In this document: piece by piece, positions 21,962 through 36,487 of the stretch
Position numbering within the stretch: the stretch's first letter is position 1
Layout of the letters: each line of letters opens with the position of its first letter
DNA from: Azolla caroliniana
Lineage: Eukaryota; Plantae; Polypodiophyta
Direction of reading: 5' to 3'
Length of the DNA stretch: 64,000 nucleotides
NCBI GenBank assembly: GCA_043228905.1
Contig: JBHGNT010000005.1
Span: forward strand, 13,020,001-13,084,000
The notes under the pieces: model-generated
Database searches by the model: none
Told to the model about the DNA's origin: nothing
What the model saw: only the letters and a program-made list of their open reading frames with translations
Program-made: the position numbers and the translations under genes

Positions 21962-24900
21962 CTACTCGGCGACCTACAACCCATGAGTACCAAGAAAGCG
22001 CAACAATATGAAGAGTTGTCACAACGGGTTCGCGAACTCGAGGCTACTATATTATCATTACGAGAACAAGCGTTGGGGGTTCAAAACTACCCCAAAGAAC
22101 CGAAGATTGGCCTCCCTGCTAAGTTTGATTGTACGTGGTCTCTATTTCGAGGCTTTTGGAATCAAGTACGTTTGGTTATTCAATTACATCCCAATCGGTA
22201 CCCAATGGAAGCTGCTCGTGTGGGATTAGTAGGAACCTTGTTAAGCGGTACAACACTAGCATGGTTTGCACCACTCCTCGAGAAGAAATCACCGTTGTTG
22301 GAGAATTTTGAGGCATTTGTTAAGGAGTTTCAAGCTAGATTCGGAGACACCGATAGCACTAGGATGGCAATAAACAAGATTTGAAGGCTTCGACACGGAG
22401 ATCATCCCGCGTCGGCTTACGCATCCGATTTCCTTCTTTTGGCATGTGATATCCCTTGGGATGAGGCGGATCTAATGGATCAATTCCGTCAACCTTTGCG
22501 TAATAATGTCAAAGATCTTCTTACCTGCCATGAAGATCTAAAGTCTCATACATAGGTAATTAGTTGAGTTGTGCGATGTGATAATCGCCTATTTGAGCGA
22601 CGTTCGGAGCGCCAACAAATGTTACGCCGCCAACCGGAACAAACGTACGCTTCTGTAGTTGCAACGCCTCTACAAGTTTCTAGACCCATCACGAGGGATT
22701 GCCCAACTCCAATGGAAATAGAGTCAATGCAACGTTGGGGACTTTTATCAGATGCTGAGAAGCAACGATGTTGAGCACACTGCTTATGTCTATATTGTGG
22801 GGGTCCATGACATATAGCCGTGAATTGTGCACATAAACCTAGACGTCAAGTATACCAAGTAAGTGCACAAGACAACCTTACTTCAAGCTCCATTATTACT
22901 TCTAATAACATAAGTAAGCCTAATAGTCCATGCCATGAGAATAGATTCGATGTCTTGAGCCAATGAGAGGATGTGTTAAACAAGTAAGTCCAGCCAAAAT
23001 AGGAGTCATTTGGTTGGACCATCTTAGATATGTAGAGTTAGTTCGTAGTTGTGGTTCCATTTCATCAAATCAAGTTAGTCGAGTTTTCTCTATACAAGTT
23101 GAGCTTCGCACATCTACACGTCATCGAGTCCTAGCCTTTGCCCTCCTAGATTTTGGAGCCAACTCTTGTTTCATGGATCGTGAGTTTGCATTGACACAAA
23201 ACATCCTCTTCAATAAGCTCCCGAACCCAGTAGCCGTAGAAGTCATCGATGGCCGTCCCATAGCATTAGGTGATACAGTCGAGGAGACCGAGCTAATTCG
23301 TGTAGTTTTTGGTGATTTGGCAAGCATAATCTCTTTCAACATTATTCGTATTCTAGAACATCCATTAGTTCTAAGTATCCCTTGGTTTGAACTACATAAC
23401 TCGAAGATTGATTGGATGAAAAGAACAATTGAGGAGTCCCAAGAAAAAAGAACTACACTCACATCCCTCAACACTCCGATATTTGATATTGGATCCCATA
23501 AGTTATCAAGCATCTCTCCATCAGTTACGTGAGGAAGGGGGGAACGAGGACATGTTCGTATTTGCGATCGTAGCAACGCCATCAAGCCTATCACCCGTCT
23601 TACCGGAGCCAGACATCCAATTACTGAAAAAATACAAAGAGATCTCACACGTCTTTGATAAGATGAAGGCAAATACACTACCAGAGCATAGGCTATATGA
23701 CTGCCCTATTGACTTACAACCAGGGAAACAACCGCCATGGGGACCAATTTATAATCTCTGACCTGTAGAGCTAGAGATTTTGCGGGAATATATCGATGAG
23801 AACCTCGCAAACGGATTCATCCGGCATTCTAAATCCCTTGTTGGTGCACCTATCTTCTTTGTTAAGAAGAAAAACAAGTCTCTTCGGTTGGTCATGAATT
23901 ATCCAGGGCTAAACAAAGTGACTGATATGGTCTACCATTGATCTCGAACCTTTTGGAACGTCTCAGTGGAGCAAAATATTTCACAAAATTGGACCTTCAC
24001 AGTGCATATAATCTAGTTTAGATTTGTCCAGGGGATGAATGGAAGACTGCTTATTGCACTTGCTATGGATATTTTGAGGATATTGTGATGCCATTCAGTC
24101 TCACAAATGCAACTACAGTTTTCCAACATATGGTGAATGATATTTTTCGACATTTTCTTGATATCTCCACTATAGTTTACCTAGACGACATTTTGATCTA
24201 CTCAAAAACTGAAGAGGAGCATGATAAATATGTTCTTCAGGTATTACATTGACTACAAGAATATGTTCTCTACGCAAAATTAGAAAAGTGTAGTTTTGGC
24301 TAGAATCAAGTGGAGTTTTTGGGGTATGATGTATCATCAGTTGGTATCTCTATGGACCCAATGAAGGTTCAAACAATTTTAGATTGGCAAATGCCCCTTT
24401 CAGTGCGTGATTTACAATGTTTTGTCGGGTTTGCAAATTTTTACCAGAAATTCATTAAAAATTATTCCAAGGTCGTGCTTCCGCTCACGCGACACACACA
24501 CAAAAATCAACCATTCGTATGGAGTTCAAAGGCAACCGAGGCATTCAAAAATTGAAAATGAGCATTTACAACAGCGCCTATTTTGGCACATGTCTATCCC
24601 AAAAAACGCTTCATCCTTGAAGCTGATGCGTCCAACTTTGCATTAGGAAGTGTTGTATTGCAGACTGGAGATGATGGACAGCTACATCCTATTGCTTTTC
24701 TTTCCCGAAAATTTGAAGCTACAGAGATTAACTACGAGATCCATGACAAAGAACTTCTAACAATTGTAGATTCTTTTCAACAATGGCGACATTTTCTGGA
24801 AGGTTCTTCTTAGCATATCATTGTCTACAATGTCACAAGAACCTGACATATTTCCAAAATGCTCGAGTCTTAAGCCGGCGACAAGCTCGTTGGGTTCAAT

Positions 24901-26737
24901 TTTTGACTCACTTTGACTTTGTAATCATATATCACCCAGGGATGCAGCAAGGAAAAGCAGATGCTCTTTCTCGATGCTCTTATATGGAACTTCGTCGAGG
25001 AGAACCAACTTTTGAGCATCAAAAACAAATCCTTTTGGGTCCTAATCGCCTACAATTAATGGCGGTTAATTCCATAACCAACCCAGGGAATCCACTATTC
25101 TTGATTCCATTCAAGATCATATGTCTATTGATGTGTTCGCGAAAGATATTTTGGATCATATAATCCTGGATCGTGCTTCTTGCTCACAATCGCAAAACCC
25201 TCGTACTGACTATAGTCAGTTCAATTGGCATGGTGGCTTTCTGTTTTGACAAAACCTACTGTATGTTCCTTATGGTCCCCCATGCTTGCAATTCTTACAA
25301 CATGGCCATGATACACCAATGGCTGGACATTTTGGAGTCACCAAAACTCTAGAATTAGTTTTCCGGCGATATTGGTGGCCTCGACTTCGTCATTTTGTAG
25401 AGGAGTATGTCCGCAGTTGTGATACATGTTGTCGATCAAAGAGTAATCGACACCGATCATATGGTTTACTACAACCACTTCCAATTCCTAAAAATCCTTG
25501 GAAGTTTATATCCTTGGATTTCATTACCGATCTCCCAGTTTCGAGGGGTTTTGATACCATTCTGACCGTGGTCGATCGACTTACCAAGATGCCACATTTC
25601 TTGCCATGTACAAAGTCTATTATTAGTCAAGAGACAATCAATCTAGTTATGCGGGAGGTATTCAAGCATCATGGTCTTCCAAAAAATATTATTAATGATC
25701 GAGGTTCACAATTCATCTCAAAGTTCTAGAAGCACATGTTAAAACTTCTCCAAGTTTCGGCTAAGCTTTCTTCCGGCTATCATCCAGAGAGTAATGACCA
25801 ACCAAACTTTGGAGCAATCTTCGTTGTTTCATCAACTATCAACAAGATGATTGGGTTGATTTTCTACAAGACTCCTAAAAAAAGTTTCATGTCGGGGATT
25901 GTATATGGCTTCCACAACACAACATCAAGACCACTAGGCCTAGTGGTAAACTAGATTACCAATGCTTTGGCCCGTATGAGATCACTGGTAAGATAAGCAA
26001 TGTTGCATTTCGTCTTGGCCTCCCTCCTCACATGCATGGTCACCCGGTGTTTCATGTCTCACTTCTCGAACCTTACACCACAAGTTCAATTCCAGGTCGT
26101 CTTACCACTCCCCCACCACCTGTGGAGTTTTTGGAAGGACTGGAATTCGACATTGTTGCAATTCTCGATTCCAAGATGGTGCGCAACAAGTTGTATTATT
26201 TGGTCGATTGGTTATGCTATACACCCAATGATTGAACTTGGAAACCTGCAGCAAATCTTTTCAACGTTGTGGACATGGTCATCGAATTTCATCGACAATG
26301 TCCTCGTAAGCTAGGTCCTAGTACAACCCATACGACCTGTGATACATGTCGTCGAAGAAGGTGGATAGTGGCATGATGACACTCACATATGATTTGGGTT
26401 TACGAGGATTAGAACCCACAACCTTCTTATATATGTGTCGTATTCTTAGCCATTGTAATGATATATTTATATGTATAAATAATTTATAAATTATATAGAA
26501 TATTATAAAGTATTCTAGACTACTCTATGTTCTAGAATGTTCTAGAATATTGTAGAGTGCTCTATGCTCTAGAATGTTCTATAATATTCTACCATACTCT
26601 TTATTCTAGGACTTTCTAGAATACTCTATTAGGACTTATAAATATGCATCTAATAATCAGGGATGAACCAATTTGGTTCAACGCCATTCTAGAGCTCCCT
26701 TGTTGTTTACTCATTGTAATCCATCTTATAGTGCAAT

Positions 26738-26786
<49 letters not shown>

Positions 26787-27213
26787 ACAAGTTGCCGCTA
26801 CTGTTCGGTCGTGGATTATTGCCACTATTTGATCCAACCGAGTTCACTCCTCCTCCACTACCGCCATTCTACACTCAATTGCCACCACTGTGCATTCCAA
26901 GCATCATCTGCCATTATTCAATCTGACAAAGTTCACTCCTCCATTGCCACCATTCTACACTCAATTGCCGCCATTGTTCGATCCGACGGATTTCACTCCT
27001 CCATTGTTGCCATTCTACACTGAGTTGTCGCCACTATTCAGTCTTGGATTTCCGTCACTGTTCAGTCCTGGATTGCCACCACTATTCGGTCCTGGATTGA
27101 AATAAATGTTTCGTCTGTTGATTATCTTGTGTATTGTTGTGTACAATCTTGTGTATTGCGGAATAATTTTGTGTATTGTTGTTGCCCATAGTCATCTTAA
27201 CTCGTTCCCGACG
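21962..27213 (+). mobile_element. Degenerate Tcn1-like chromovirus: gag-PR-RT-RH-INT-chromodomain plus 3' LTR (~26369-27213)
   Basis: [33 protein letters not shown] (~24175-24205), EADASNFALG, HDTPMAGHFG, ISLDFITDLP, chromodomain AILDSKMVRNKLYYLVDW; PPT GAAGAAGGTGGATAG. Right end of the LTR is uncertain. Confidence 0.85.
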
Positions 27214-27406
27214 GTGATTGAGTAGCTATCACTCCGCTACAACAAACATAAACTTTGCAACGGTGGGATTGCACCTATGAATAACCGATTGGCATGTGGT
27301 TTACTAACTAGCTACGTGTCTTTTCTTTGTGGAAATTTACTAATGAATATGTCAAGCCAAATGGAAGGGGAAGGAGGGTGTTTACCAATACCCCTCATGG
27401 ATCATC

Positions 27407-30400
27407 TTGATAGGGATGGCACTATCAAGACACAATAAGCGATACGAAAGTATTGGAAAGAAAAGCCACTTGTTGAAGGATACAAAAGCCACATTCACTA
27501 AAGGTAAGGATAACATTGGTTGCGATATAGGTCTGAATACCATTAAGAATCGAAGTAATGAGACTACTACCATAGAGAGAAAGGTTGTAGACTATTTCAA
27601 TGTTCAGACCAAGCACATAAGGAATGAAGACAAGAAGGTAGTACCTTATGGAATATTAAATGATCAATCGATAAAGGAGTTAGTTAATTGTGATAATTTT
27701 AATGCAAACATAACATTTGTACTAGTAAATAATTTCGTATCCATGAGCAAATAAGAAGATGATCTTGTCTTAAAAAGGTAGATTGTCTAATGATGTTACT
27801 TAATAGTGATGTTGACAATCAAGTTAACATCAGTGTGTTATCTAAGGTAATTGGTGTTAGTAGAAAAATTGTGTACAATACAATCAACTAGATAGTTTCA
27901 AGTGGTGAAGGAACTAGTTTGTTAAAGCTAACAACAAGATGTAAGCCAATGACACCCATAACATCAGAAATCCAGGATATAATCACCATATTTTGGACTA
28001 ATGAGAGTAGGGTTTCACCCAATAAGAAGGATTTATGCAGGAAATGTGTTGGAAGGAGTCAATACGAGGAGCATCCCATTCATCTTCTTGATGTACCTCA
28101 GGTATTTACATTTATCTCAACTTTAGTTTTGATTTTTAAGCTTTACTTAGTTAGCTAATTAGCTACCTCAGAATATGATCATAGCTAACTAGCTACTAGT
28201 AATAGCTAAATAGCAATTGACAATGGCTAACTTAGCTATTATCAGCTAATTAGCTACCACAATAGCTAATTAGCTATGTCAGAATATGACTGTATCTAAT
28301 TAGCTACCACAATAGCTAATTAGCTACCTCCAAATATGACCATATCTAATTAGCTACCACAACAGCTAATTAGCTACCTCAGAATATGACCATAGCTAAC
28401 TAGCTACTAGTAATAGTTAAATAGCTATTGACAATAGCTAACTTAGCTATTATCAACTAGTTAGCTACCACAATAGCTAATTAGTTGTCTCAGAATATGA
28501 CCATAGCTAATTAGCTACCACAATAGCTAATTAGCTACCTTGGAATATGACCATAGCTAATTAGCTACCTCAGAATATGACCATAGCTATCTAGCTACTG
28601 GTACTAGCTAAATAACTATTGCCAATACTAAACTTAGCTATTATCAGCTAATTAGCTACCGCAATAGCTAATTAGCTACCTCAGAATATGATCATAGCTA
28701 ACTAGCTATTGGTATTAGGTTCAGGCAATTGACAATAGCTAACTTACTTATTATCAGGTAATTAGCTACCACAATAACAAATTAGCTATCTCAGAATATG
28801 ACCATAGATAACTAGCTACTGGTAATATCAAATAGCGATTGACCAAAGCTAACTTAGTTATTATCAGCTCCTTAGCTACCACAATAGTTAATTAGCTATC
28901 TCAAAATATGACCATAGTTAATTAGCTACCACAATAGCTAATTAGCTACCTCAGAATATGACCATAGCTAACTCGCTATTGGTAATATCTAAATAGTTAT
29001 TGCCAATACTAAACTATGCTATTATCTACTAATTAGCTACCATAATAGCTAAATAGCTACCTCAAAATATGACCATACCTAACTAGCTACTAGTAATAGC
29101 TATTTAGCTATTGCCAATAGTAAATTTAGCACTTATCAGCTAATTAGCTATGTCAATAGCTAATTAGCTACTCTTAATAGCTAATTAGCTACTACGAGAG
29201 TATGGTCATGGCTAATCAGCTACCACCTATATCTAACTAGCTACATTAGGGCCCATTTTGGATACTCACTAGACTCCCTTTTTATTATGTAGGTTGATTT
29301 ATTTATTTATTACGTTCAGGCGAATGCATCCAAATATCAAAGTTCAACTACAAACATTCGAGTGTGTTAAGCCACACTTTCCAAGATGCTTAAAGGATCG
29401 ATACACATGTTGTTGCATTTACCATGTACAAATGGGTTTTCTCAAGGACCCTGTTAATCTACTACGTCACCATAGCTCCTCCCTAGAGGATGCAGTCTAC
29501 ACTTGTGAGTGCCCAATTTGTCGATCTAGCCTGCAAGAGCACTGTAAATCATTAGACAATGTTATCTCTTCCATGAGTGGTCTTTTAGATTCAGTATTGT
29601 GTCCGCGAGAATCTGAGGCTATCTTCCACAGTCGTAAATGTGTCATGGGTTTATGTCAAGATTGTGGCCCTCATAGATTTAGGTGGTGTCCAAAAGAGTT
29701 TAGTGAAATATTAATCTCTGTCAAATTATTTGAGTCTATGGACACCAATTTCGAAGGAAAGGTGTGTAAAAGAAAGGACCTAGTTAGGAAGTCACTTAAA
29801 CCAAGAGATTTGACGTCACTATTTATAGTATCTCTAGGAAAGTTCATTAAACAAAACTTCATTTATTCATGGCAGGCCCATCAATTTAAGACTTGCATAT
29901 CTGATTTTCCAAATGATGTAGTAGTCTCAGTAGTAGATTTCGTAGAGAATTATACTTTCAAGCAGTTGAATGAAATTCAATCCATGCATTGGTGTTCAGT
30001 GCAAGTAACCATTTTTGTGCACATAACATATTTTCAAGTTTCAGGTGATGTTAAGAAAGTAATTAATGTTTTTATTTTTTATGATAAGTAGCATGATACC
30101 TTGTTTGTCCAACATTGTTTTAAGTTATATTGGCAATGGTTATTATGTCAACGTTTGGAGCTTACTCAACATTGGGTCTGGTCTGACGGAGCTACGTCAC
30201 AATTCAAGGCTAGACATCCATTTTATTTTGTTGGGAGGTATCCTTCTGTAACAGGTTTGGAGATGAGATAGAATTTTTTTGGGTCTGGCCATGGTAAAGG
30301 TGAACATGATGGAGCAGGTGTAGTTATAAAGCAAGCACTTACCCATGAACAACTAAAGGCTGATGGTGCGCATATGAATGGTGCAGCACATGTAATCGAT

Positions 30401-31136
30401 TTTTTAAGAGCTAATATGTCAACAAGTGCAACTAGTGTTTATTCCTCGCAGGTCCGAGATATCAAATGTGAATTTTGGGAAGTGAAGATAGATGAAGTAA
30501 ATAGGGAGAAGACCTAGGAGTGCCAAGGAATTCCCGAATTGCGATCTCTCCATGTTGTTCGGGGTTATTTTAGGTTGGATGGTCATTGTATTGTAGTTAG
30601 AGAATTAACTTTTTTTTGCTTCCATTGTGTGCAAGGAAATTGGAGATATTGTTTAAACAAAGCATATATTCAAAATTGGGAGTACCATACATTTGAATGA
30701 TAAGGACCAAGCAGATAGAGAAACAGAAAACAATGTTGACGTCACATATCAAGGCCATGGAGATACTTTGAGTGATGTCATAAACATTGGGGATAATTTC
30801 ATTGTAAATGCAGAAGAAGACAATTCAGAGAGTGGTGATTTCTATATATTGGAGTGCACGGTTTGTAAACAATGTGCAATGCAGAATATTGTAGATGCTT
30901 GGGGAAATTTTGTATCTGTTGGGACATTCTACATTGAAGGTATTTTTTATGCAAGACTAGATTATTACGATTATGTGTATAGGCTTTTAGAAGACAAACC
31001 AGTAGCGTACATGTACTCTCATTTGGTCAGGTGCATCAACGTCCCGATGTCGCAATACAATAGCTGCTCAGGTTTATACACAGTTTGTGCTAATGTGTAT
31101 GAATGTATTTACAACAGTATGCCATGGAATTTGTAG
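27407..31136 (+). pseudogene. Intron-containing DNA transposase pseudogene, Sola-like DDD family
   Basis: Motifs VDFVENY..QSMHW, WSDGATSQFK, FFGSGHGKGEHDGAG and Cys-rich segments; GT-AG intron 28102-29292; several stops and frameshifts. Family assignment is from motif memory, not from a search. Confidence 0.6.
28150..29245. repeat. TAGCTA-based satellite in the transposase intron
   Basis: Many TAGCTAATTAGCTA palindromes plus recurring CAGAATATGACCA blocks. Confidence 0.93.
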
Positions 31137-33433
31137 CTACAAGGATATCATACCAATTTTCTTGTAACATGGACAAAGTAGTTGTATTGCAAAAAAACAA
31201 TTTAATAAAATCGTTTGGGAGTCTTTTTCTGTTCTTGCGACAATGAGAAGCTACATCCCATGGCTTTCCACTCGCGCAAATTTGACGCTGCCGAAATCAA
31301 CTACGAGATACATATTAGCAATAGTGGACTCTTTTACACAATGGAGGCATTTTTTAGAAGGATCTCCTCTTCAAGTCAGTGTATTTAGTGATCACAAGAA
31401 TCTTGCCTACTTCCAAAGTGCTTGCGTGTTAAATAGAAGACAAGCTCAGTGGGCTCAGTTCCTCACTCGTTTTGACTTCAAGATTACATATCGTCCGAGC
31501 AAGCAACAAGGGAAGGCGGGTGCATTAGCACAACGCTCGTATCTAGCTCCTTGTCATGGTGATCCAGCCTTGGACAATCAAAAGCAAGAAAACCTAGGTC
31601 CAACATGCTTCAAGCAACATCGGTTTTTGACACTCCATTGTATTCCCGCATTATCGATACCATACATGAATATTTGAAGACAGATGTTTTGTTCAAGCTA
31701 TTCTAGATCAAATCGATTCTGCTCGAGCATCTTGTTCACGGTCACAACAACCAAGTACAGATTATCGACAATTCAAATGTCATGATGGTTTACTCTTCTT
31801 TAAGAAACTTTTGTGTTTTCCTAATGATTCTTGTTGCCTTCGAATAGTACAAAATTGTCATGACACATACACAACCGGACATTTTGGTAGTACTAAAACG
31901 TTGGATTTAGTACAATGATAAATTTGGTGGCCCCATATGTGAAGATTTGTCGAAGACTATGTTCGGACATGTGATACATGTTGCAGAGCGAAGATGCCTA
32001 GACATCATCCCAATGGTTTGTTGGAGCCGTTACCGATCCCAAGCGAACCATGGCAATCTATTTCTCTAGATTTTATCACAGATCTTCCGGATTCGAAGAG
32101 GTTCTATGTGATCTTAACAGTGGTAGATTGATATACTAAGATGGCATATTTTGTGCCCTGTACTAAAGAAATCACGAGTGAAGAAACCATAGGAATTGTT
32201 ATGTGTGAAGTATTTTGGCATCATGGTCTTCCTGTCAGTATCATCAGTGATCGTGGACTTCAATTCGTCTCTAAATTTTGGAAGCATCTCTTCGAAATGC
32301 TCAAGGTCACTTGCAATCTCTCCTCCGACTATCATCCCCAAACAGATGGACAAACAGAACATATCAATCAAACGTTGGAACAGTATCTTCGATGTTTCCT
32401 AAGCTATCAACAAGATGATTGGGCAGATATTCTACACTTTGCTGAATTTCCTTATAATAATTCTATCCACTCCTCTACTAGGGTTACACCATTCTATGCT
32501 TATAGCGGCTATCATCCTCGTTGGTATGTGTTAGAAACTCCGGATTTACCCACAAATCGTAGTGTAGAGGATCATTTGGAGCAGCTACGACGAATTTAGG
32601 CTGAACTATCTATCCATCTACATCTAGCAAACACAGAAGGACTATGTGGATCGTTATCGGCTTCCATCCTCTTTTGATATTGGAGATCGAGTATGGCTAT
32701 TTCGAAGGCACATCAAGACTATTCGACTATGTGACAAACTGGATTATCGATGGTTAGGCCCTTTCCGAATTAACGGAAAAATTAATGATGTCACTTTTTG
32801 CCTTGATCTACCTCTACAACTACAGATACATCCAGTATTTCATAGTTCTCTTCTAGAACCTTATCAGGACAGCATAATCCCAGATCGTATTACACCACCT
32901 CCACCCCTGATCGAACTTAAAGATGAACTTGAGTACGAGGTTGTTGTCATCCTCGATTCCAAGATGGTTCGCAACAAGCTCTATTATTTAGTTGATTGGC
33001 TAGGATATAGTCCAAACGAGCATACTTGGGAACCAATGACGAATTTGGTGAATGCTCAAGCTTTTCTTGAAGATTTCCATCGTCAATATCCAGACAAACC
33101 AGGTCCTTAATCAAAGATGACTCGTAACACTCATCGTTTAAAGGGAAAGATAATATCATGATATGGCTCCAAAAGGATTTGGACCCATCACCTTGTGTTA
33201 CAAGGGTTGAACCCTTACCATTAAAACATGTATTGTAATACGAAAAATATTATTTTCATTTATTATTTCACTATAGGAAATTCATATATATTCTAGATTA
33301 CTCTGGAACATTCTACTAAATAGAGGCACATGGCATTATTAAGAACCAATTCGGTTCAACACCAATATTAAGCCTCCTAGTTGTTCTTGTATCTTTCTTC
33401 ATATAATATAATATACTTCTTGTTGTCATCATC

Positions 33434-33464
<31 letters not shown>

Positions 33465-33466
33465 AT

Positions 33467-36407
33467 TGTTTATTTCAAATCCAAAGGGGAAGTTATTGTC
33501 TTTGGTGACATGAATGCTCGTACAAGAAGTTTCCAACTTGATTCACAAGAATCTTTGATGCCCCATATCTCAAGGATGCAAGAGGATATGCAAATGTATA
33601 GTCGATCTTCTAGCGATGAAAAAGATCCGGACCAATTTGGGAAATTACTCCTACAAATGTGCAATAGTACCGGATTGCTCATTGCAAATGGTGTTTCCTT
33701 ATGGCCCAATACTAACGGCTTTACATGTAGAAAACACAATGGAAATAGTGTGATTGACTATATGCTACTTTCCGAAGGTATTTTGGATCGTATACATAAA
33801 TTCTCACTTGGAGAATGGACACCGGAATCCGATCATAGGACTTTATGCATTGATCTCAAATGTATGCATAGGTTTGATTGCGAGAAGGTTATTGAAGATA
33901 GCAAACAAATGCATTTGAGCATGAATCTTAAGCGAGCGCCCATGTATTCCAAGATGGTTGAGGATATGCTACAAATGACAAAGACACAACATGGTGGCAC
34001 ACTAGAATGTAAATGGGAAGCTTTTAAGAATGTCATTCTCTCTTGTACAAACAAATGTTTTTCGACCAATCGCACATCATGGAAATACACCAAGAAATGT
34101 AAGAAAAAATGGTTTGATAAAGAATGTCATGAAGCTCGAAAGTGCCTTATGGTTTTGGATGTAGTTAAGGATAAAGAAAATTATCAAAAGCATTTGCATG
34201 ACTATAAAAGGCTTATTCAAAGAAAGAGACGAATATGGGAAGTTACTCAACAACTTCTCCAAACGCAAGAGAAAGCACATGCATGTGCTAAATTTTGGGG
34301 AAATCTAAAGGGTAAACGTGTTGAGAGTTATGGTGACTTAACTCTTCATGACTTGTCTATGCATTGTAAAAATTTATATGAGTTATCTCTTGCCGGAAAG
34401 ATGATGTGTTATGGTTCTCTTTCACATATGTCTCCCTTCTTTACAATTGAAGATATATGCATAGGGCTTAAGAAATTGGCCTCTCGAAAGGCAAGTGATC
34501 TTCAATGTATAAAAGCTGAAATGCTCAAATGGACGGGAAAGGAAGCACATATATGGATATGCGATATGTTTAATGATGCATTGCAACATGGTATGCCATA
34601 TGATTGGACTACAAATTGGATTAAACCTCTTCATAAAGGCGGAGATGTAAATAATGTAAACAACTATCGAACCATCATGGTTGGCTCACTAATGGCAAAG
34701 TTATTTGGATGTATAATGGAATTAAAGATAAGTGTATGGGCAGAAAAAAATGGTAAGAGAGCTTATGGACAAGCTGGCTTTCGAAAACACCATAGCACAA
34801 TTGATCATCTTGTCACTCTTCGAGTATTAATGGAGGAAAGTCGCCTTAGAGGTAAAGGTTTATATTGTTGCTTTGTAGACTTCAAGAAAGCTTTTGATAT
34901 GGTACCTCGTGAGCATCTTTGGAGGCGAATGGAAGAACTTGAGGTGCCAAGTGAATATATGCTTGCAATTTCCCGAATATATGAGAAGGTTATATGTTGT
35001 GTGCGTATGAGAGATAGACTTTCAGATTTTTTCAATAGCACTATTGGTGTTAAGCAAGGATGCCCACTCTCACCAACATTATTTGGTCTATGCATTGATG
35101 AGTTAGAAGAAATGGTTGCCAAGTTTGTAAAGGAAGAATGTGTTGAAGAAGTTGCCATTGGGAATGTGGTGATTATGCTTTTGTTATATGCGGATGATGT
35201 AGTGCTTTTTGCAAATACTTTAGGAGATGCACAAAAGCTTATGAAGGCATTGGAAAAATTTTGCATGCATACTAAATTAAGTGTCAATAGCTCTAAAACA
35301 AAGATTATGCTTGTGAAGAGTCAAAAAAGAGATAAACCATGCATTATGTACAACAATGAGCCACTTGAATGTGTGGAAAGCTTCAAATATCTTGGCCTTG
35401 AAGTTCCTTCAAATCATAAATGGAATGAATGTGCTACACGCCGCTTAGAGGCGGGTAAGCGTGCATATTATGCATTTGAGAACACATGCAATCTTGGAGA
35501 TATTAAGTGTTGGGTCCTCAAGAAATATCTTTTCGACACTTTGGTGACCCCGGTTCTTCTCTATGGGGTGGAAATATGGGGCGGTAGCATCCCTAAATCT
35601 ACTTGGAAAGAGTTTGAAAATGTCCAAAAACATTTTCTCACAAAGTTTCTACAAGTTAAGAAACAAACGCCCTACAACCTCCTCCTCCTTGAGACGGGAT
35701 CACTTCCCATTGAGGTCATGGCCATGGAAAGGGTTGTTGAATACATGCTTAAAATTCAAAAAAGCCCCGCACATCGACTTCCTCGAATTGCATGGGAAGC
35801 AAGCAAAAAGATCCAAAAGACGCATAAAAGCAAAATTTTGTGTTCCGGTTGGATGCAAGATTTAGAAAAATGGTTTGGTAGATGGGATGCAAGACACTTG
35901 CTTCATGATGCGTCACTAGATTCCTCTGTAAATGAGGCCTTTTTGCAACGCCAATGTATCATGACATGGGAAAAATGTGGTGGCTCACGCTTCACACATT
36001 ATACCATAAATGTTGCACCTAACTACAAAACCATATTCTTCGCGGAACGGGGAAGCCGTACACATCGCTACATATTAGAGCCCATCCCAATATCTGCCAT
36101 TCGAACCATTGCTTCCATGCGACTTAGCTCGCATGCATTGAGATGTGAGACGGGGCGTTGGGGCACAAGTGATGAGAGTGACCGACTATGCACACTTTGC
36201 CCTAAACAAGTCCGAGAGTCTGAGTATCACACTTTGATACAATGCTCTGCCTTTGATCATATTCGGCCATGCTTTCCACATCTCTTTGGAGCCCAATCCT
36301 TGCACGAATTTCTCTCACAACCACGATGTGCACTCTCGATTGCAACATTCATTGGCAAAGTTCTTGAGCATCGTGAGTCGCTACTCACCTTCACACGTAT
36401 CACGTGA
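33467..36407 (+). CDS. LINE ORF2: partial apurinic endonuclease, reverse transcriptase, C-terminal CCHC finger
   Basis: GDMNAR, IDY, SDH (APE); QAGFR, VDFKKAFD, GVKQGCPLSP, LLYADD, FKYLG (RT); RLSSHALRCETGRW..CTLC..ESEYHTLIQC. The listed start at 33381 lies in LTR and (CT)n sequence. Confidence 0.9.
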
Positions 36408-36487
36408 CATGTAATATTTTTGGTCTCATAGGTCATATTTGACCTCCGAAGACGATAATATAATCTATCTATCTATCTATCTATCTA
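33467..36487 (+). mobile_element. 5'-truncated LINE (RTEX-like) with (ATCT)n tail
   Basis: Open APE-RT-zinc finger ORF, short 3' UTR, ATCT tandem tail, candidate TSD TCTCTCAT (33459-33466, 36488-36495). Confidence 0.88.

Noticed and set aside
33381-33466. N-terminal hydrophobic or signal segment of the 1008-aa ORF
   Set aside because: It is LTR and (CT)n sequence read in frame upstream of a 5'-truncated LINE.
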